Virus record (IMG/VR): IMGVR_UViG_3300012952_000082
Coordinates: 1 to 29,722 of that record
DNA from: a virus
Taxonomy: Duplodnaviria; Caudoviricetes
Strand: one strand, 5' to 3'
Length of the DNA stretch: 29,722 bases
Positions 1 to 6,881 of this stretch are shown piece by piece. Positions within the stretch are counted from its first letter, which is position 1, and every line of letters begins with the position of its first letter. A program made the translations under genes and the position numbers. The notes beneath the pieces are model-generated. The model made no database searches, was not told the DNA's origin, and saw only the letters and a program-made list of their open reading frames with translations.

Positions 1-1
1 A

Positions 2-364
2 GCCGGAGCAGTAGGTGAAATGCAAGCAGAACCAAGGGTATTTGCTCACGATGCTAGACTTTTAGATTTAACAATACCTACAACAGGTCCTAATAATGAT
101 CAAAACGCGTACGTAGACGTACTGCCAACAGGTACTCCAGTTGCTGGTGATCAAGTTACAGTTTTAGAAAGAGGTGCTTGTTTATACGTGGGTGGCGCTG
201 GTAATGTAGATGTAGAAATGGAAAGTGGTCAAAGAGTAACTTTTAAGGGAGTTGCTGCAGGTGCTTTTTTACCTATACTAGTAACAAAAGTTTACTTAAC
301 TGACGGAACTACACCATCTGGAGCACAAACAACTAATGCAACAGATATATTAGCATTATTCTAA
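2..364 (+). CDS. Head-spike base protein, RcGTA Rcc01079-like (probably 5'-truncated)
   Basis: The frame is open from position 2 (AGAVGEMQAEPR...), so the true start may lie upstream of the window. The C-terminal pattern LYVGGAGNVDVEMESGQRVTFKGVAAGAFLPILVTKV...TTNATDILALF matches my recollection of the Rcc01079 spike-base family. Confidence 0.7.
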   Translation, partial: AGAVGEMQAEPRVFAHDARLLDLTIPTTGPNNDQNAYVDVLPTGTPVAGDQVTVLERGACLYVGGAGNVDVEMESGQRVTFKGVAAGAFLPILVTKVYLTDGTTPSGAQTTNATDILALF

Positions 365-525
365 TGTCAGCAATAGGAATAACAAATACTATACCTTGGC
401 TAATTAATTTACCAGGTCAATCAGGTCCACCAGCGCCACCGCTAGGAGACTTTATAGCTTTAGAGTCAGCGTTAACTAATATCATGTTATTAGAAGATGG
501 TAGTAAAGTAGAATTAGAAACATAA
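364..525 (+). CDS. 53-aa small virion/adaptor-like protein (missing from ORF track)
   Basis: ATG at 364 overlaps the upstream stop (TAATG). It reads MSAIGITNTIPWLINLPGQSGPPAPPLGDFIALESALTNIMLLEDGSKVELET, with TAA at 523-525, 6 nt before the next ATG. It fills the gap and its N-terminus resembles that of ORF 3274. Confidence 0.75.
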   Translation: MSAIGITNTIPWLINLPGQSGPPAPPLGDFIALESALTNIMLLEDGSKVELET

Positions 526-531
526 TAAAAA

Positions 532-3270
532 ATGGCAAATAAACCAATTAGTGATAACACAGCGTTTCCTTTCGAGAATAATGTAAGAGCAATAGCGGGA
601 TTAGCTGGATATAAAACAGGTGCACCTAATAGTAATGTAAAAATAGGTGGAACAGAGTTAGTACAAAGCGTAATAAACGGTGGCACTGCCACTGCTGGCG
701 GATTAGCTGTATATGCTACTAGTGGATCAGTAAAAGAATTAGCAACTTATATAAGTTTAAATTATACTGCTGGCACTACAAGCGCGCCGGCAGTGTTAGA
801 ATTAGGAACACCTAGTCATCCAAGCACAGTGCAGATATCTGGTAATTTTAATGGCCCAGATCCTTTCGTTTCTCCTAAACTTACATTCTTAACTAAAAAC
901 ACAACAACAGGTTCTAATACAGTTTCTATTGAACCTAGTTCTGTTGCTACCGCTGATCAATCTTTAGTTTTACCACCAGCACCAGGTACGGCAGGGCAAG
1001 GTTTAAAAGCGGCAAGTGTTAGTTCTGGAGACGTATTGTTAGAATGGTATACAGTAACAGACGATGACACAACATACACATTTGATTCAACTCAAAGCAC
1101 CGCTGGAAGTGATGCTGATCCTTTTTTAACACTAACAGGAAGTGACACCACAACAGACAACGTGAAGCTAATAGGTGGTACATCAATAGGTATTAGTAGA
1201 AACGTAGCGGGCGATGAAGTTACAATAGCTTATACAGGTACTGATAGTGATACTACATATGATTTAGGCACATCTGCCTCAGGCGCTTTAGGACAAATAG
1301 ATTTAACTCCTAGCTCTGGAACAGCTGATTCAGTGCAATTACAAGGTTCAGGTACAGTAAGTGTCTCTTCTGACGCTAACGGATTAATAACTATAACTGG
1401 AACTAGTGGTGGTGGTAGTTTAGCTATAGAAGACGAAGGCACACAATTAACTGCAGCTGCTGATAAAATTAATTTTACTGGAGCTGGAGTAACAGCTTCA
1501 GCTGTGGCAAATGATGTTACAGTAAATATACCAGGTGGTGGTGGAGGAGCTAGTGCTTTTACTACAATCACAACTGATTCAGCTACGGGTAATGCAGAGT
1601 GGGATTACGCGAATGATGGACCCAATATTGAATGGACACCTGAATATCCAAATGGTGCTTTTTGGAATATACTAACGTTAAAAAACAATGTAATGCCATC
1701 TGATGGTGATCATGGTTATTTAATATTAACACCTAACGTTACTCAAACATTTCAACTACCATCAAATTCTTTAATTTTAAATGGAGACGTTTTACCAGGC
1801 GGTACTAACACTGTAACTTACGAATGGGTTTATGATGGAACTAATTTTCATTGGGAAAAACAGCCAAATCAAATTAACCCAATATATGCTCCGTTTAATC
1901 CTTTCCCAACAACTAATTTAATAGGTGTTTTTGATCCTGATACTATTAATCCAGCTATAATACAGTTTGGAAATCCATATGACGATGATGTAGTACCAGA
2001 TGATTCAGGAAGCACTACGGATATAACAGTTAATTATGCTGTACCGAATGGAGGAGTTTGGACTAATAGTTTATCTTCTGGAAATATTTTAGGTTCTCTT
2101 ACTGCGAACTCTAATCCTTTTGGTACTGGTAGCCAATACAAACCTTCTTTCGTTGTTAACTATGCTGGTGGAATCGCACTTGCTACTTATGATTCTACAA
2201 CTACACCAGAAGTTATAGTTCCAAATCCAGATTTAGCAAGCACAACAAATAGTCAAAGTTTTTATTTTCAAGATTTTACTCCAAACGGAACTGCAGGATC
2301 TTATACAACTGCAGCTGGAGATGTTTTAACTATTGTTGGGGGTGTTGAATCTGGAGAAAAAGCAGGGTTTGAATTAACTAGTGATGGAACTGATATAACT
2401 TCAATAGAAGTAACTACCACTGGTAAAGGGTATAGTTTAGGAGATTTAATCCAAATAGACATGGCTAGTTCTGGTCTTGGAACTGGAGAAATTTATGTAT
2501 TAGTTAACGACAAAGAAATGCTAGGTGGTACAGGTCCTGGTTCTAAAAGAGCTACTGCTGTACAAATAGGATATCCAGATCCAAGTGATGTAGGATTTGC
2601 ACATCCAGGTTTTGGTAGTGCAAGCAATAATGATCTTTATAGATTTACTGTTGCTAATACATCTACACCTGTAAGTGCCAATATTACTATTATAATGTGG
2701 CTTCACGGTCAGTATCCTAGCTCAGGAGCATATAACACTTTGTTTGACTTTACTAATACACCTAGTTCTAGTAATTATGATGAAGCTATGTATTTCAATG
2801 GAACTAATGGAACATTTGAACCAGATAGTTCTGGTGGAGGAAGTTTTACAGATTTACCTCAATTAGGAGATTATTCAGGTGGAGGTGGAAGCGCTGTAAA
2901 CTTTAATAATGAATGGACTTTTTTATCTTTTACATTTGTCCCAGCTGGAAGTGTGAGTCAAATAATAGCATTTATGAGAAATCAATCCACTACTAACAAC
3001 GCTGGAAATGCAGCGTGGGATTATGGTGGATCTAGAAACGTTGCTGTTGATGCAGATGGATGGTGTGGACAAACTCTAGCTTTCGGAACCCTAGACACTA
3101 CTTGGACGCAATTTTCTCTTGGAAATAGTTATTATATTTCAGGAGGTCCAGCAATAGAAGGTTGGAGATCAAAAGTTGGGAAATTTGCTATATACTCTAG
3201 CACAATTAGCGAAACTAATATTAAAGCTATTTATGATAATACTAAGGGTTATTACGGTATAACTAACTAA
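532..3270 (+). CDS. Large fibre/adhesin protein (912 aa) with internal repeats and probable C-terminal LamG/ConA-like domain
   Basis: G/T/S-rich beta protein. It has two DxDTTY...LTxS...DxVxLxG repeats (about 1060-1400), a LAIEDEGTQLTAAADKINFTGAGVTA fibre motif and a GKGYSLGDLIQI module. The C-terminus (ITIIMW...NEWTFLSFT...GKFAIYSSTISETNIKAIY) looks like LamG. Confidence 0.6.
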   Translation: MANKPISDNTAFPFENNVRAIAGLAGYKTGAPNSNVKIGGTELVQSVINGGTATAGGLAVYATSGSVKELATYISLNYTAGTTSAPAVLELGTPSHPSTVQISGNFNGPDPFVSPKLTFLTKNTTTGSNTVSIEPSSVATADQSLVLPPAPGTAGQGLKAASVSSGDVLLEWYTVTDDDTTYTFDSTQSTAGSDADPFLTLTGSDTTTDNVKLIGGTSIGISRNVAGDEVTIAYTGTDSDTTYDLGTSASGALGQIDLTPSSGTADSVQLQGSGTVSVSSDANGLITITGTSGGGSLAIEDEGTQLTAAADKINFTGAGVTASAVANDVTVNIPGGGGGASAFTTITTDSATGNAEWDYANDGPNIEWTPEYPNGAFWNILTLKNNVMPSDGDHGYLILTPNVTQTFQLPSNSLILNGDVLPGGTNTVTYEWVYDGTNFHWEKQPNQINPIYAPFNPFPTTNLIGVFDPDTINPAIIQFGNPYDDDVVPDDSGSTTDITVNYAVPNGGVWTNSLSSGNILGSLTANSNPFGTGSQYKPSFVVNYAGGIALATYDSTTTPEVIVPNPDLASTTNSQSFYFQDFTPNGTAGSYTTAAGDVLTIVGGVESGEKAGFELTSDGTDITSIEVTTTGKGYSLGDLIQIDMASSGLGTGEIYVLVNDKEMLGGTGPGSKRATAVQIGYPDPSDVGFAHPGFGSASNNDLYRFTVANTSTPVSANITIIMWLHGQYPSSGAYNTLFDFTNTPSSSNYDEAMYFNGTNGTFEPDSSGGGSFTDLPQLGDYSGGGGSAVNFNNEWTFLSFTFVPAGSVSQIIAFMRNQSTTNNAGNAAWDYGGSRNVAVDADGWCGQTLAFGTLDTTWTQFSLGNSYYISGGPAIEGWRSKVGKFAIYSSTISETNIKAIYDNTKGYYGITN

Positions 3271-3273
3271 GCT

Positions 3274-5307
3274 ATGATAGGTAATGCTCTTCCAATTCCG
3301 TGGTTGAGGAGCATATATAGTTCCTCTGGTCCATCAGGTCCACAACCTTTCATATTAAAAATAGATACTAATAATACTTTTGGTGGTCCAAATTACCCAT
3401 TCGGAATAAACACAGACTCTTTATATACTTACGATTATACCGTTGATTGGGGAGATGGAACTATAACAAGTCACACTGGTAACGCTAGTCACACGTATAG
3501 TACTCAAGCTATTTATGAAGTGAAAATATCAGGAGAATGTCCATGGATAAAATCATGGACTACTAGTACTGGTATAAATTATGTAGTTGACATAATACAA
3601 TGGGGTGATTTAGAGTTTAAAAGTTTAAAAGAAACATTCAAATCTTGTAGTATGTTAGGTAATCCAGATGGGACTAGTTCTACTCCTGGTATACCATTAA
3701 CAGTGACAGATACACCTACATTTGCAAGCGACTTTGCTTTTGATGGTTTATCTGGGTGGGCAGAAAGAACTTACTTCACCTCAATACCTAACCTAAATTC
3801 CTGGCAAATCCCAGATGTTTTAACTAGTCTTGAGAAGTGCTTTTACGATATGAAGTGGTGGAATGATAGTATCTCAAACTGGGATGTATCGCATGTTGGT
3901 AATTTTAAAAACATGTTTTTCTTCTGTAGAGAATGGACAAACAGTGGTGATGATTTGAATGGTTGGGAAGTTGGTAAAAATTATACTGGTGATTTAAACT
4001 TTGAATCCATGTTTTACTATTGTGACAAAATAGAAGATATTAAAATTTGGAAACAAGATTTGCATTTATTAAACATAAATTTTATAAATACTAAGTTTAT
4101 GTTTTATCAATGTGAAAAATGGAAACTAGAGTTAGAAAACTGGGATAATTCTTCAGTTAAGATAAACGAACTAGAAGGAATGTTTTACGGTGTTGGCTTT
4201 TATTACGCTGGTAATAACTCAAACGGAGGAGGACGCCAATATACTGATGAAGGTTTAAAAACTGATTTTTTTGGTTGGGATTTTAATACTAATAAAACAT
4301 CTCTTAGAGCTTTATTTTCTAATGCTTGTTTTGACGCAACGTTTAATGCAAACTTAGATGGTCATACGGCGACTAATATCACCGATTTTGATAATATGTT
4401 TGCTAATACTTTTATATGTTCTCCAACTAGTGTAGATAACTGGGTATTGGGAAATACACCTAATATTACAATGCGTTACACTTTTAGTGGTAGACCTTTC
4501 AATAGGTGGCCAGGTCCACAAGAAAGAAGAGCTTTGGATTGGAAAGGAGATTTTGGATCAGTTCAAACATTAAATGGGTGGGACGTCTCTAATGTTATAG
4601 ATTTTGACGGATGTTTCAATAGTGCACAGTTTGATACGGGACCAGATGATTGCAAACCAATACTAGGTAGTTGGACTATATGCACAGATCCAACAGTTAA
4701 CGTAAGCTTAAGTCGTATGTTCAGAAACAGTCAGTTCAACGATACTTTAGTAAATGATATAAACAAATGGGATTTAAGTAGTGTTACCAGTATATTTGAA
4801 ACGTTTGGAGGTTCTGGTGGAGTTAGATTTAATCAATCCCTAAGCAACTGGGACACTAGTAATGTTACAAATATGGCCCAGTTTGTTTATTACAACGTTT
4901 ACTTTAATCAAGACATATCTCATTTTAATTTAGAAAAAGTTACAACAGTAAATAGGTTTTTTGATAAAACTCAAAATTATTCCTATGGGATGGATTGGAT
5001 GGAAATGCCTTTGATAACAGACGGTGAAAGATTTCAATTTCAATGGAAGTTTGATACTCAAAAATATACGGACACTTTAAATGCTTGGGCTTTATATTAT
5101 TATAATAGAGTACAGGCTGGTTTAACAGTTCCTCAAAACATATTAATGACATTTAACACTATAGGTTATTGGGGTGTTACAAATTACTTTATAGCAGGGT
5201 TAAATACTTTACCAAACGGGTTAACTACTAGGGATTATTTAATAACCGCAACTACTGCTGGTGTACCTGGCTTAGGTTGGACATTACAAGATGGAGGAGG
5301 TATATAA
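3274..5307 (+). CDS. PKD-like domain plus BspA/DUF285-type repeat protein (677 aa), probable virion adhesin
   Basis: YTVDWGDGT...SHTY...YEVKISG is PKD-like. Repeats such as ISNWDVSHVGNFKNMF, LNGWDVSNVIDFDGCF, INKWDLSSVTSIFETF and LSNWDTSNVTNMAQFV are typical of DUF285/BspA-family proteins. Confidence 0.8.
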   Translation: MIGNALPIPWLRSIYSSSGPSGPQPFILKIDTNNTFGGPNYPFGINTDSLYTYDYTVDWGDGTITSHTGNASHTYSTQAIYEVKISGECPWIKSWTTSTGINYVVDIIQWGDLEFKSLKETFKSCSMLGNPDGTSSTPGIPLTVTDTPTFASDFAFDGLSGWAERTYFTSIPNLNSWQIPDVLTSLEKCFYDMKWWNDSISNWDVSHVGNFKNMFFFCREWTNSGDDLNGWEVGKNYTGDLNFESMFYYCDKIEDIKIWKQDLHLLNINFINTKFMFYQCEKWKLELENWDNSSVKINELEGMFYGVGFYYAGNNSNGGGRQYTDEGLKTDFFGWDFNTNKTSLRALFSNACFDATFNANLDGHTATNITDFDNMFANTFICSPTSVDNWVLGNTPNITMRYTFSGRPFNRWPGPQERRALDWKGDFGSVQTLNGWDVSNVIDFDGCFNSAQFDTGPDDCKPILGSWTICTDPTVNVSLSRMFRNSQFNDTLVNDINKWDLSSVTSIFETFGGSGGVRFNQSLSNWDTSNVTNMAQFVYYNVYFNQDISHFNLEKVTTVNRFFDKTQNYSYGMDWMEMPLITDGERFQFQWKFDTQKYTDTLNAWALYYYNRVQAGLTVPQNILMTFNTIGYWGVTNYFIAGLNTLPNGLTTRDYLITATTAGVPGLGWTLQDGGGI

Positions 5308-5555
5308 TGGATTTTGAAAAAGAATATACTAATCTTCACTTTAATGAAGATAGATTAGATGCTCCTATTTTTTATATAGGTTTTAGAGTTAAAAAAGCCT
5401 TAAGCTTAATAGTAACAGATAGAGAAGTAAGACAGTTTGGAGCCGTAAAAAGAATAGAAGATATAAAATCACTGTGGGAAGTGGAAACTTTCACAGAAGC
5501 AAGTGATTTCTATAAAAGAATACAAAAGTTTCTACCTATGGTAGTTACGTTATAA
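5307..5555 (+). CDS. Hypothetical protein (82 aa)
   Basis: ATG at 5307 overlaps the upstream stop (TAATG), which is more plausible than the TTG at 5277 used by the ORF track. Begins MDFEKEYTNL. Confidence 0.65.
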   Translation: MDFEKEYTNLHFNEDRLDAPIFYIGFRVKKALSLIVTDREVRQFGAVKRIEDIKSLWEVETFTEASDFYKRIQKFLPMVVTL

Positions 5556-5575
5556 TTAAAATTAAATTAAATAAA

Positions 5576-5839
5576 ATGAAAATTAAAGAAGAACAATTAT
5601 CAACAATTAAAGATCAACAACAGAAAATAAAAGATTTAGTTACTGAAATAGGTTTAATGGAATCTAAAAAACACCAACTATTACATGGGATAGCAGTTGT
5701 AAATCAAGAAGTTGAAGATTATAAAAAAGTGCTTGAAGAAGAATATGGTGCTATTAATATAAATGTAGACACTGGGGAATACACTAAGATAGAGAAAAAA
5801 GAAGAAAAAGAAGAACAATTAGAAACAAGTGATGTCTAG
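5576..5839 (+). CDS. Small acidic coiled-coil hypothetical protein (87 aa)
   Basis: Clean ORF with A/T-rich leader, heptad-like pattern and a LEEEYGAININVDTGEY motif. Confidence 0.75.
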   Translation: MKIKEEQLSTIKDQQQKIKDLVTEIGLMESKKHQLLHGIAVVNQEVEDYKKVLEEEYGAININVDTGEYTKIEKKEEKEEQLETSDV

Positions 5840-6059
5840 TGTAATAAGAAAAATTAGTATTGGTTCTGATTATAAAAACGAAGCTATGCACTATTCTGTA
5901 GGTCAGCAGGTCTATGGAGGTCATACTATTTGTAATATATTAAGTAGTGAGAAAAAAGGAGATTACATGATATATATTAAAAAGAATGATGAAGTTTTAC
6001 CATGGAAGAAATTTAATTCAAACATGGCTATAGCTGTTGAGTTTGATTTAGAATATTAA
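5832..6059 (+). CDS. Small conserved-type phage protein (75 aa)
   Basis: ATG at 5832 (MSSVIRKISIGSDYKNEAMHYSVGQ...) overlaps the previous gene by 8 nt and is coupled to the next gene by TAATG. Confidence 0.75.
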   Translation: MSSVIRKISIGSDYKNEAMHYSVGQQVYGGHTICNILSSEKKGDYMIYIKKNDEVLPWKKFNSNMAIAVEFDLEY

Positions 6060-6664
6060 TGAAGTCATTATATAGTTTTATAATAAAACCTTACAAAGAA
6101 CGATACAACAATGAAATTAATGTTGGTGATAAAAAACTAATATTAAATTCTAATATTGAAATTCATAGTTCAGTTGATAAGAGAGCAGTTGTAGTATCTA
6201 CTCCAGCTGCTTTTGACACTGACATTAAAGTGGGTGATGTTGTTTATGTTCATCATAATATATTTAGAAGATATTATGGCGTGAGAGGTGAGATAAGAAA
6301 TAGTAGTAGTTATTTTAAAGATGATTTATTTTTCTGTGAACCTCATCAAATATATTTATATAAATCAAATAAAAAGCTTAATTGCAATTTAGATTATTGT
6401 TTTGCATCTCCTGTTGAAAATGAGGATGTTTTAAGCTTAGAAAAGGAAAAACTAATGTTAGGTGTTATGAAGTACTGTAGTAGTTCCTTAAAAGATCTAG
6501 GAATAAATCCTGGAGATCTTATTACTTTTTCACCAGATTCCGAGTTTGAATTTATAGTGGAAAATGAATTATTATATTGTATGAAATCTAAAGACATAGC
6601 ACTAAAACATGAAAACAAAGGAAACAAGAAAAAATATAATCCAAGCTGGGCGAAAAGCAGTTGA
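6059..6664 (+). CDS. GroES-like co-chaperonin, apparently two tandem GroES-like units (201 aa)
   Basis: FIIKP...AVVVSTP...IKVGDVVYV, then a second unit GVMKY...GINPGDLITF...EFIVENELLYCMKSKDI. Both resemble the GroES beta-barrel pattern. It lies just upstream of the packaging genes. Confidence 0.65.
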   Translation: MKSLYSFIIKPYKERYNNEINVGDKKLILNSNIEIHSSVDKRAVVVSTPAAFDTDIKVGDVVYVHHNIFRRYYGVRGEIRNSSSYFKDDLFFCEPHQIYLYKSNKKLNCNLDYCFASPVENEDVLSLEKEKLMLGVMKYCSSSLKDLGINPGDLITFSPDSEFEFIVENELLYCMKSKDIALKHENKGNKKKYNPSWAKSS

Positions 6665-6881
6665 TGAATTAATTAAGGTTGCAAAAGAACCTATTGTAGA
6701 CACAGGAGAAGATGTTTCAGCAGATAGACTTAAAAATGCTGCTGCAACTAAAAAACTTTGTATTATGGATGCATTTGAAATATTACAAAGAATTGAAGAG
6801 GAAGAAGATAGACTAAGTGAAAAACCCAAAGAAGTTAAAGAAGAAAGAGTGTTTAAATTTGCAGAAGGGAGAAGTAGATGA
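6609..6881 (+). CDS. Putative terminase small subunit (90 aa)
   Basis: Small helical charged protein immediately upstream of terL, with an ATGA overlap at 6878-6881. It overlaps the GroES-like gene by 56 nt. Function is inferred from position. Confidence 0.55.
   Translation: MKTKETRKNIIQAGRKAVDELIKVAKEPIVDTGEDVSADRLKNAAATKKLCIMDAFEILQRIEEEEDRLSEKPKEVKEERVFKFAEGRSR

Noticed and set aside
4450-4456. In-frame G_GGA_AAT in the BspA-like gene
   Set aside because: The -1 frame stops after two codons (TAC ACC TAA) and I saw no stimulator.
5293-5301. Perfect SD-like GGAGGAGGT upstream of ATG 5307
   Set aside because: It is explained by the Gly-Gly-Gly codons ending the upstream protein, and no other gene shows an SD.
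3274-5307. Diversity-generating retroelement target or CRISPR-like array in the repeat-rich adhesin genes
   Set aside because: Repeats are degenerate at the protein level only. I saw no near-identical nucleotide template/variable repeat pair, reverse transcriptase or spaced direct repeats in the window.
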